Made by a program: the position numbers and the translations under genes. Positions 35,965 to 46,970 of a stretch of DNA of 64,000 bases are shown here, piece by piece (position 1 is the first letter of the stretch; the number at the start of each line of letters is the position of its first letter). This DNA comes from Glycera tridactyla. Its lineage: Eukaryota. Location: assembly GCA_965644265.1 (NCBI GenBank), contig OZ286475.1, positions 14,756,001 through 14,820,000 of the forward strand. The letters are read 5' to 3'. The notes below the pieces were generated by a model, which had not been told where the DNA came from, made no database searches, and saw only the letters and a list, made by a program, of their open reading frames with translations.

Positions 35965-36177
35965 GCGTCGGATTGACGTCGGATTGACGTCGGATCGACG
36001 TCAGACTGACGTCGGTGCAACGTCAGCCTGACGTCAGGCCGACGTCAAGGGCCGACGTCGTCACGACGTCGGGCCGATGGACAAAATGACGTCGACCCGA
36101 CGTCGGAGGTCGACGTAGGGCCGACGTCAGAGACGACGTCGGGCCGACGTCGGGCCAACGTCAGTTTGCTATCTGGG
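35965..36177. repeat. Right subterminal GACGTC array plus TIR
   Basis: Consecutive 11-nt units such as GGATTGACGTC, GGATCGACGTC, AGACTGACGTC, AGCCTGACGTC, AGGCCGACGTC, ending ...TTTGCTATCTGGG. Confidence 0.9.
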
Positions 36178-36653
36178 AGGGTGCCTTTCACAGCTAATTA
36201 GTTGCCACGATCAACATTTTACAGGTCGAAATCAATTGAAACTGATTTCAAGTACATCCAGTGAATAAATAATCATTCACCTTGATTTGTAGTATCAATT
36301 GACTTCTATTCATAAGAAGCATGTAGATAGAGATAGGAATGATATGTTCGGAGATATGAGTAGGCCAATTGTAAAATTCTGCCACGTAGTGACAGGAAGT
36401 GAAACCAGTAACCAGCAACTTCAACCTTGCGCACTGCAGACCCAAAGAGCACTCAACGCTCAGCAACAGACTGGATGGATGGGGGTATCCAAAGTCCAGG
36501 CTTGCCTGTTGTTCTTCCTGATCGGCAAATACAGACAATTTCTTTTGTTTGTCGCAGTGAATGGCATGTCTAATATTCATATTTATTCTTGATTCTTACC
36601 ATAGGTGAGCTTGTGATAAATATAGGAGCAAAACTTGCGTTGAGGATGGTCTT

Positions 36654-36760
36654 GAACAGATCGCACTCGTTTGCGTTCGTAGTAACGTTACACACGACAC
36701 TCGCCACATCGTGGCTCGTGTCGTATTTCTACGCACGCAAACTTGTGCGATCTGTTCGAC
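36654..36760. repeat. Imperfect palindrome (foldback MITE-like)
   Basis: AACAGATCGCAC...CGACAC pairs with GTGTCG...GTGCGATCTGTT around a central CTCGCCACATCGTGGCTC. Confidence 0.6.
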
Positions 36761-36895
36761 CATCCTCAACGCTCGTTTGCTCCTATCTATGTCTGGCACA
36801 GCAGGAGTCCGTGAAACCGACTATCGTCGCTCACGATCAGTCTGGTTCCCATTCTAACTGCTAGTAGATGTCGAAATCCTCAGCGCGCCACAGTC

Positions 36896-37659
36896 CCCAG
36901 ATAACATAAGAGCATTGGGCCAATGCTGGCTAACATTGGCTTGGTGCTGGCAGTGCTGGCAGCGGATACCCAACATTGGGCCAATGCTGGCCCAATATTG
37001 GTATTAGGATTCGAAATTGTGCTTGCATCTGCCGACGTGAAGTGATGGCTGCCCATAACTTAACCATTATGTGTTGTACGCATGCGCGCACGTCACGTCG
37101 TTCAACTCGTGCAGACGACGTGCGAGTGTTGACAGTTGAGTCTCAAAACAAACAAACTCAATAAACTACCATCGATTACAGCTGATTTAGCATGATTTGC
37201 CTGCCAGGATACGATTTGGACATACTAATACACACTTACAGGACTCTATTGGTATTCTTCAATGGAGATATCAGATACTAGCGTGATTTTGGCGAATAGA
37301 TCGGCGGTTCCGACGATGTAAACAAAGGCCGCCATCTTGGATTTTTGACAAGTGCCACACTTTTCATGCCGACTTTCGGCGATCATATCTCGGAAAGTCC
37401 TGGACGTATATGGCTCATATTTGGTCAGAAGGTGCATCCTCATTGTATTGATTGCTACTGCGAATTGGCGATGTGGCGAGCGTCTGAACAGTGTTGGCTG
37501 AACTTTGGGTCAGTGCTGGCTTATGCTGGGTCAATGCTGGGTCGCCAGCATTGGGCCATTGCCGAGCCGATTTGCACTGCCGACGTAATGCCAATATTGG
37601 ACTAATGATGGCAGCCAGCATTGGTCCAGCATTGGCCCAATGCTGGTATGTTATCTGGG
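36896..37659. mobile_element. 764-bp non-autonomous EnSpm-type element (MITE)
   Basis: TIR CCCAGATAACATA(AG/CC)AGCATTGGGCCAATGCTGG, with a 2-bp TC TSD at 36894-95 and 37660-61 and subterminal CCAATGCTGG/CCAGCATTGG repeats. Its right 547 bp are duplicated at 43283-43829. Confidence 0.9.
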
Positions 37660-38268
37660 TCCCACCTGGTGGATTGACTGTGAACTATCGAACACGTGGA
37701 GCGCCATCTTTGTCTAGGGCCAGTGACTATGACTTGGCACATTGATCTCGAAATGTTGCTGGATCATTTAGAAATCAAATCAAGATGACCAGACATTTCA
37801 TAAGTGGATCTCTCTGAGTAGGGGACGAGCCACATGATTGATTGATTGCTGGATTGATTGCTTGCTTGATTGATTGTGGTTCAGCAGCCCTAATATGCCA
37901 GAAATGGAGTGCTTGGTACCCCAAGCCACATGAGTCGGTTATTTCACTGGACTTCAATTCTGCACGATATCTCAATACCATTTCTCGCGACCTTACTTGC
38001 CATAGAAAATGAACAATTTTGGTCATTGATCATGTTTATTTTCAACGAACTGTACATTCATACTTAACAGCCACATTCTGGTTCAGTTATCATTTCGAAC
38101 AGAAACAGTAAGAGATCAAATAAAAGAAACAGTAGGATTAGTGTAAATTTGGTTCAATTCCATACTAAAACAAAGAAGGCCGATGACGAGCATGTTAACT
38201 AGATGCTCCTTGGCAAAATGGACTAATTCCCCCGAAAGACCTGCGTATGCCTATAAATCATTGAATAC

Positions 38269-38325
<57 letters not shown>

Positions 38326-38406
38326 CGTGTGTGTTTGGTGTACGTGCGCCTGTTTGTGTGTGTGTTTAGTGTGTGTGTGGGGGGGGGGTATGTGTTTAGT
38401 GAGTGA

Positions 38407-38459
<53 letters not shown>

Positions 38460-38545
38460 GTGTACGTGCGCCTGTTTGTGTGTGTGCTTAGTGTGTGTGT
38501 GGGGGTATGTGTTTAGTGAGTGAGTGAGTGTGTGTGTGTGTGTGC

Positions 38546-38593
<48 letters not shown>

Positions 38594-39962
38594 TTGGTTT
38601 GGTCAAAGATGGATAGCATAGATACAATAGCGAATGCTAGAATCATAATACTGAAAAGAGGGTTTATGCTATACAGACAGAGGTTTCACAGTGTAAGCTA
38701 CCTCAACGCGCGTTATTACTTTCAACTGAACGAAAAACTCCCCAACTTATCAATCATACCATTTGCTTTTCAATCGACATTGCCCAATTATCAGAGATAG
38801 CAGGTAGAAAATAATGCTATTACATTGCTGGTCAACCAACAATGCACATCTATAAGAAAAATTACTCGAATGTATGTGCAATGTTACTGGGTGAGGACTA
38901 TTGAAGAAAAACTTCGATGCAAAACAAGTATAGACGTTATATTCTTTACCAAAAGACGAATAGACTGACAGACCACTCGTATCTTTACAACTTGTGTTCC
39001 ACGACAATGTATCATCAAAGATAATCATACATTTCACAAGTAGCCTTTTCGGAGGCGATAGCATAATCCCTATTTGGTAATCAACACTTTTGTTGTGCCC
39101 ATTGTCACCCATTTCACTACACTAGAAGTGTATCAAAGCCCAAATTCCCCTCACTAGAGGAAATGGTAGCAAACGTATTCATAGATCCAGTACGATTACT
39201 GTAAGTGGTATGATTTCATACTCGAACAAATACATCAGCTGGATACAATATGCCAAGATAAAATTATTTCTCCCGAAGCCCCACTAATTAGTTTTGGAAG
39301 CAGCTTTTTTCCATGGACATAGGGGGCCACAAATGGGTCATCCACCCATGTCACTACACTTAAAGTATGCTAAAACCAATATCCCTTCACTAGAGGACAG
39401 GGTAGAAACAACATTTATATTCAAGAAATAAATTCAACACCATCTCGTGGACTTGCAAATAACATAAAAGACAGAACCTTCTGCCATCATTTGTAAATCC
39501 GTTATCACTAACAAACAGTTCATACAGTCAACAAACGTTTCCTGGTTCAGCCATTATCTGAACAGAAAAAGTAAGAGATCAAATGGAAATAAAATTTGGA
39601 TTACTGTAAAAATGGTTCACTTTCATACTAAAACAAAGTGGGCCAATGGCAAACACATTAGCTCGATGCTACATGCCAAAAAAACAAAGCTGATATTTGT
39701 GTCAAAGGGGTTTTGTCTGCTTTGTTTTATTGTTCCTGTTAAGAACGATTGAAGGCTGTGAATGGTTATCCATATGTATCACGGATGGAAATTAAGAAAA
39801 AAAGAAGAAAATATGACCGATCAGCCAGCTGTTCCATAGTCTATAGTCTGTTATAGCCGAATATGACGGGTATGTTTTCGAAAGTCATATCTTTAAATTC
39901 GGTCACGAATTCATATGGATACGACTATAGATTGAATACGAGTTCCGGCGACCATCGAACCG

Positions 39963-40209
39963 TAAATTAGGCCTGGCCTTCCTGGGTGTGGGTTGATATT
40001 CATCCTGCGACATTACCATCTCGCTAGCGTTAGCATAGACTATGAAGCCGGTAGCCGAGTGTGTATTCCATCAGATTTCGTATAGTGTCCTGCATGAAGC
40101 CGAACACAGAGCTGACATATGGGTCAGAATCGGGTAAGTATGTTAGCACTAGCGATATAGGAATGTCGCAGGATATACATCAACCCACGGGGGGGGTTAG
40201 GCTTAATTC
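39963..40209. mobile_element. MITE-like inverted repeat (duplicated at ~46124-46372)
   Basis: GTGGGTTGAT..ATCCTGCGACATT..ATCTCGCTAG..TTAGCATA is inverted ~200 bp downstream. Confidence 0.65.
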
Positions 40210-40806
40210 ACTATCCTACAACACTACTCATCGCTAATCAACCATAGACCTTTCAGGGCAGTTGTCCTGTCCGAGAAATTTCATGCGATCTAGAAATTTA
40301 CCATTTTCTGAGATCCATTTCAATGAATCTTTTGAGGGCACTAATTCAGTATTCGACCCTTTGTTAAGTATGGTGGACCCAGCGGACAGTTTCCATGTGT
40401 GTGCACCGTGGGGCCTAGGGGGTGTGCACCGTGGGGCCTAGGGAGCCATGTGTCCACTCGCACGTATGCATGTGGGCGTCGTGGTGCCCTTGGGGCCCGG
40501 GCACAATGTGTCCTTAAGGCGGCCTGAATTGACTCATATCATATGTATTGTTCCGAATAAAGTCATACAAATTCCCCCGTGAAAGAAACACTATCTTGGT
40601 TTGAATCACATCCAGCGAGAGCTTCATGTGTTAAGTAATTATGAAAAGGTCAAAAATCAACGCGGGATTTTCGGAGGTGAAAACGTACCCGACAATTTGT
40701 CTGACAGTCAAGTAACTTTGTGTAGATTGACTGGCCGCCTCTTGACAAGTATGAGGTAAGCACGTCTCCATATCTATCTAGTAAGAGCACTGCTATTTAG
40801 CATGAT

Positions 40807-43272
40807 CTAGGATGGCTGGTAACCATCAAATGTTTGTGTGATCCAATCGTATAGGGAGGAGACCCTGGTGTAAACACCGGGATACCCCGGATCGGCGCAG
40901 CCGTAACCCCAGCTGGTTTTACCTGTCAGATAGAAAGTGTTGCCATGCGCACACACCAGAGGTCCCCCGCTGTCTCCTTGACACGTATCGACCTGTCCGT
41001 GCATATAGCCCGCGCACAACATGCCATCCGTGATGAGGGAACCGTACGCTGCAACGCATGTAGAATTGGTAATCAGGGGCACCACAGCTTCTTGAAGGAT
41101 CCACATATCGCCCGTACCCTCTGTTGCACCCCATCCGGTAATCACACACGTTTGACCAGCATGATCTGATTGGGTCAAACATACTGGACTGATTAAATCA
41201 GTGAACGTGATTTCCTCCGCAAGATAGATTAAAGCTATATCTGACTGCAGTGTATGATCATTATAATCTTCATGAACTATTATGTCTGATACAGAAACAT
41301 GAACCTCGGAACCCTCTGTGACATGCTGGTTGTGATCCCCTAGAATCACGGTTACCGCGGAGCTGTGTGTGTTGTAGACACAGTGTGCGGCGGTCACCAC
41401 CCACCTGCTTGCAACCAGGCTCCCACCACAAAAGTGATGATTTTCAAAGAGACTGACCTGCCATGGCCAGCTGTGCGGTATTGCATCAGCACCTCCCACC
41501 ACGCGGCCAATATTTGGTGCAATCGCGGGTACCCCGCAATCCACAGGAGTTTGGTCTGGTACCCGCGGTATGTTGATGGACGTGAAGCTAATACTGAATC
41601 CGGTGCGAGTGGAAAGGCTATCTGTATAGAAAATCAAGAAAACATTGTCTGAATGTATAACTGCACTGGCTGGAAATTCATCTCCACAAAATGTCCCAAT
41701 CAACTCCGGAGGATAGATATAAATTATCAACCCATCATGCGGACATGGCGGAGGTCCTTGAACATCAAATTCAAGGAAATTCAACTGAATTGCATAGTCT
41801 GGTGTCCCCTCAATTTCCCATGTACAGTACATGTCATTTGTATAGTGATCTTCTGTTAATTCAATGTTGCCACTTGGACCAGTGAGTAATTGGGGCTGAT
41901 TTGCCCCACATGCCAAGGGAGTCTGGTCCATCAGGAAGGATGTGTAACTGACACTGAACCCAGTATAAGTGGAAAAGCTATCTGTGTAGAAAATCAACTG
42001 AACATTGTCTGCATCTATATCTGGAATGATTGGAAGTTCTTGTCCGCAAAATATCCCAATTACCACCGCATGATGAGCATATATTATCAGCCCATCATGC
42101 GGACATGATGGAGAAGGTCCTTGAACATCAAATTCATGGAAGTTCAAGTGAATAGCGTAGTGTGGTGTCCCCTCAATTACCCATGTACAGAACATGGAAT
42201 TTGCATAGTTGTCTTCCGTTAATTCAACGGTGCCACTAGGACCAGAGAGTGATTGGGGCTGATTCGGGCCACACGCAGAATTGCCTGTGATGTATTCGTA
42301 AGAGAGGCTGAAACCCCTGCCTGTGACAGACCCATCTGAATAGAAGGTGATTTGGACGACATGGTATGGTATATGCACGGTCTCCCATACGTAATCGTCG
42401 CTGCAGAGCACATTATACACCGAAGGCGCTTCAAACACCAGACCATCGTGTTCACACGTTGGGTGTTCCTGAATGTCTATTTCAAATATTGTTATCTCTA
42501 TATCACTGCTCTCTGGTGCCTGAACCTGCCAAGTCTGCTGAACGTTGTTGTCGTAATTACCTTGGAATATTGTAGGATATTGAATTATACCATATTGTTC
42601 TGTCAGTACCACTTCTTCGCCATCATGTGGCACTTTTGTGATCAGATAGGCACCCGCGAACCCTGCTGTCGATGCTTCATGCCCTGTGCGAAGTTGAATG
42701 GTCAGTCTCTGCTCGCTGCTTTGAACAACGAATGGAATCGCGATACCAGTGGAACACTTAACAAGGCGATGTCCTCCAACACCTTCACGGAATGTCAATC
42801 TCTGGCCAGGCTGACATGGCACTTCGTAATCCAAGATCATAACCGCCGGAACATACCCTTGGGGGGCCCTTATTTTGTACTTGCACAAACTATGGCTGGA
42901 ATCATGCTCTGGGTGGAGCCAACTCTCTGACAAAATGAACCCCGGACTGTCCACAGTAATCCAACCTGTGTTACACTCGGATATAGAAGGGAGAAAGTCC
43001 AGGGTTCTTTGATTCTCTCTGGTAACTGTCATGTTGGTATCGCTCAACTTTGATATGATTCTGGGGAAGGTGTCAGAACCACTTATATGGTCTTCGCGAA
43101 CTCTGGTGGAGCTGAGGCCCTTTGGCATGACCTGCAGAAGGGCAGCGTGGATGGCCGGGTCTGCCCTTTGCTCTGCTCGTGAGAGGTACTCTTTTGCTGG
43201 TGTGGATTGTGATGAAGTCGCTGGTGCTTGGTGTAGAGGTGATGGACTGATTGGCGGCAGTCCGACCGCCAT
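40807..43272 (-). CDS. Intronless CUB x4 + trypsin-family (S1A) serine protease, copy 1 (821 aa, lacks the first 12 codons of the signal peptide)
   Basis: One divergent and three clear CUB domains, CGVP linker, activation site R|VVGG, triad TAAHC / SDIAL / GDSGGP, and the S1 Asp in DTCQGDS. Reads GKTSWG where copy 2 reads GITSWG. Confidence 0.9.
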   Translation of the reverse strand: MAVGLPPISPSPLHQAPATSSQSTPAKEYLSRAEQRADPAIHAALLQVMPKGLSSTRVREDHISGSDTFPRIISKLSDTNMTVTRENQRTLDFLPSISECNTGWITVDSPGFILSESWLHPEHDSSHSLCKYKIRAPQGYVPAVMILDYEVPCQPGQRLTFREGVGGHRLVKCSTGIAIPFVVQSSEQRLTIQLRTGHEASTAGFAGAYLITKVPHDGEEVVLTEQYGIIQYPTIFQGNYDNNVQQTWQVQAPESSDIEITIFEIDIQEHPTCEHDGLVFEAPSVYNVLCSDDYVWETVHIPYHVVQITFYSDGSVTGRGFSLSYEYITGNSACGPNQPQSLSGPSGTVELTEDNYANSMFCTWVIEGTPHYAIHLNFHEFDVQGPSPSCPHDGLIIYAHHAVVIGIFCGQELPIIPDIDADNVQLIFYTDSFSTYTGFSVSYTSFLMDQTPLACGANQPQLLTGPSGNIELTEDHYTNDMYCTWEIEGTPDYAIQLNFLEFDVQGPPPCPHDGLIIYIYPPELIGTFCGDEFPASAVIHSDNVFLIFYTDSLSTRTGFSISFTSINIPRVPDQTPVDCGVPAIAPNIGRVVGGADAIPHSWPWQVSLFENHHFCGGSLVASRWVVTAAHCVYNTHSSAVTVILGDHNQHVTEGSEVHVSVSDIIVHEDYNDHTLQSDIALIYLAEEITFTDLISPVCLTQSDHAGQTCVITGWGATEGTGDMWILQEAVVPLITNSTCVAAYGSLITDGMLCAGYMHGQVDTCQGDSGGPLVCAHGNTFYLTGKTSWGYGCADPGYPGVYTRVSSLYDWITQTFDGYQPS

Positions 43273-44434
43273 AATGCAGAGGAGACGACGTGCGAGTGTT
43301 GACAGTTGAGTCTCAAAACAAACAAACTCAATAAACTACCATCGATTACAGCTGATTTAGCATGATTTGCCTGCCAGGATACGATTTGGACATACTAATA
43401 CACACTTACAGGACTCTATTGGTATTCTTCAATGGAGATATCAGATACTAGCGTGATTTTGGCGAATAGATCGGCGGTTCCGACGATGTAAACAAAGGCC
43501 GCCATCTTGGATTTTTGACAAGTGCCACACTTTTCATGCCGACTTTCGGCGATCATATCTCGGAAAGTCCTGGACGTATATGGCTCATATTTGGTCAGAA
43601 GGTGCATCCTCATTGTATTGATTGCTACTGCGAATTGGCGATGTGGCGAGCGTCTGAACAGTGTTGGCTGAACTTTGGGTCAGTGCTGGCTTATGCTGGG
43701 TCAATGCTGGGTCGCCAGCATTGGGCCATTGCCGAGCCGATTTGCACTGCCGACGTAATGCCAATATTGGACTAATGATGGCAGCCAGCATTGGTCCAGC
43801 ATTGGCCCAATGCTGGTATGTTATCTGGGTCCCACCTGGTGGATTGACTGTGAACTATCGAACACGTGGAGCGCCATCTTTGTCTAGGGCCAGTGACTAT
43901 GACTTGGCACATTGATCTCGAAATGTTGCTGGATCATTTAGAAATCAAATCAAGATGACCAGACATTTCATAAGTGGATCTCTCTGAGTAGGGGACGAGC
44001 CACATGATTGATTGATTGCTGGATTGATTGCTTGCTTGATTGATTGTGGTTCAGCAGCCCTAATATGCCAGAAATGGAGTGCTTGGTACCCCGACATGAG
44101 TCGGTTATTTCACTGGACTTCAATTCTGCACGATATCTCAATACCATTTCTCGCGACCTTACTTGCCATAGAAAATGAACAACTTTGGTCATTGATCATG
44201 TTTATTTTCAACGAACTGTACATTCATACTTAACAGCCACATTCTGGTTCAGTTATCATTTCGAACAGAAACAGTAAGAGATCAAATAAAAGAAACAGTA
44301 GGATTAGTGTAAATTTGGTTCAATTCCATACTAAAACAAAGAAGGCCGATGACGAGCATGTTAACTAGATGCTCCTTGGCAAAATGTACTAATTCCCCCG
44401 AAAGACCTGCGTATGCCTATAAATCATTGAATAC

Positions 44435-44478
<44 letters not shown>

Positions 44479-44577
44479 GTGTGTGTGTGTGTGTGCGTGT
44501 GTGTTTGGTGTACGTGCGCCTGTTTGTGTGTGTGTTTAGTGTGTGTGTGGGGGGGGGGGTATGTGTTTAGTGAGTGA

Positions 44578-44620
<43 letters not shown>

Positions 44621-44708
44621 GTGTACGTGCGCCTGTTTGTGTGTGTGCTTAGTGTGTGTGTGGGGGTATGTGTTTAGTGAGTGAGTGAGTGTGTGTGTGT
44701 GTGTGCGC

Positions 44709-44752
<44 letters not shown>

Positions 44753-46970
44753 TTGGTTTGGTCAAAGATGGATAGCATAGATACAATAGCGAATGCTAGA
44801 ATCATAATACTGAAAAGAGGGTTTATGCTATACAGACAGAGGTTTCACAGTGTAAGCTACCTCAACGCGCGTTATTACTTTCAACTGAACGAAAAACTCC
44901 CCAACTTATCAATCATACCATTTGCTTTTCAATCGACATTGCCCAATTATCAGAGATAGCAGGTAGAAAATAATGATATTACATTGCTGGTCAACCAACA
45001 ATGCACATCTATAAGAAAAATTACTCGAATGTATGTGCAATGTTACTGGGTGAGGACTATTGAAGAAAAACTTCGATGCAAAACAAGTATAGACGTTATA
45101 TTCTTTACCAAAAGACGAATAGACTGACAGACCACTCGTATCTTTACAACTTGTGTTCCACGACAATGTATCATCAAAGATAATCATACATTTCACAAGT
45201 AGCCTTTTCGGAGGCGATAGCATAATCCCTATTTGGTAATCAACACTTTTGTTGTGCCCATTGTCACCCATTTCACTACACTAGAAGTGTATCAAAGCCC
45301 AAATTCCCCTCACTAGAGGAAATGGTAGCAAACGTATTCATAGATCCAGTACGATTACTGTAAGTGGTATGATTTCATACTCGAACAAATACATCAGCTG
45401 GATACAATATGCCAAGATAAAATTATTTCTCCCGAAGCCCCACTAATTAGTTTTGGAAGCAGCTTTTTTCCATGGACATAGGGGGCCACAAATGGGTCAT
45501 CCACCCATGTCACTACACTTAAAGTATGCTAAAACCAATATCCCTTCACTAGAGGACAGGGTAGAAACAACATTTATATTCAAGAAATAAATTCAACACC
45601 ATCTCGTGGACTTGCAAATAACATAAAAGACAGAACCTTCTGCCATCATTTGTAAATCCGTTATCACTAACAAACAGTTCATACAGTCAACAAACGTTTC
45701 CTGGTTCAGCCATTATCTGAACAGAAAAAGTAAGAGATCAAATGGAAATAAAATTTGGATTACTGTAAAAATGGTTCACTTTCATACTAAAACAAAGTGG
45801 GCCAATGGCAAACACATTAGCTCGATGCTACATGCCAAAAAAACAAAGCTGATATTTGTGTCAAAGGGGTTTTGTCTGCTTTGTTTTATTGTTCCTGTTA
45901 AGAACGATTGAAGGCTGTGAATGGTTATCCATATGTATCACGGATGGAAATTAAGAAAAAAAGAAGAAAATATGACCGATCAGCCAGCTGTTCCATAGTC
46001 TATAGTCTGTTATAGCCGAATATGACGGGTATGTTTTCGAAAGTCATATCTTTAAATTCGATCACGAATTCATATGGATACGACTATAGATTGAATACGA
46101 GTTCCGGCGACCATCGAACCGTAAATTAGGCCTGGCCTTCCTGGGTGTGGGTTGATATTCATCCTGCGACATTACCATCTCGCTAGCGTTAGCATAGACT
46201 ATGAAGCCGGTAGCCGAGTGTGTATTCCATCAGATTTCGTATAGTGTCCTGCATGAAGCCGAACACAGAGCTGACATATGGGTCAGAATCGGGTAAGTAT
46301 GTTAGCACTAGCGATATAGGAATGTCGCAGGATATACATCAACCCACGGGGGGGGGGGGGTTAGGCTTAATTCACTATCCTACAACACTACTCATCGCTA
46401 ATCAACCATAGACCTTTCAGGGCAGTTGTCCTGTCCGAGAAATTTCATGCGATCTAGAAATTTACCATTTTCTGAGATCCATTTCAATGAATCTTTTGAG
46501 GGCACTAATTCAGTATTCGACCCTTTGTTAAGTATGGTGGACCCAGCGGACAGTTTCCATGTGTGTGCACCGTGGGGCCTAGGGGGTGTGCACCGTGGGG
46601 CCTAGGGAGCCATGTGTCCACTCGCACGTATGCATGTGGGCGTCGTGGTGCCCTTGGGGCCCGGGCACAATGTGTCCTTAAGGCGGCCTGAATTGACTCA
46701 TATCATATGTATTGTTCCGAATAAAGTCATACAAATTCCCCCGTGAAAGAAACACTATCTTGGTTTGAATCACATCCAGCGAGAGCTTCATGTGTTAAGT
46801 AATTATGAAAAGGTCAAAAATCAACGCAGGATTTTCGGAGGTGAAAACGTACCCGACAATTTGTCTGACAGTCAAGTAACTTTGTGTAGATTGACTGGCC
46901 GCCTCTTGACAAGTATGAGGTAAGCACGTCTCCATATCTATCTAGTAAGAGCACTGCTATTTAGCATGAT

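Larger units (their letters stand above)
10215..36177 (+). mobile_element. Giant (~25.96 kb) CACTA/EnSpm (CMC)-type DNA transposon
   Basis: Left end CCCAGATAGCAATCTGACGTCGGGCCGACGTC; reverse complement of right end CCCAGATAGCAAACTGACGTTGGCCCGACGTC (29/32 identical). AG flanks both ends (10213-14, 36178-79). GACGTC arrays lie inside both ends and a CMC-type transposase lies in the core. Confidence 0.85.

Noticed and set aside
42760-42824. The 65-bp segment missing in protease copy 2 as a spliced intron
   Set aside because: A GT-AG intron there would be 66 nt, the segment encodes conserved CUB features (Cys and strand pattern), and the deletion is explained by CACTT microhomology.
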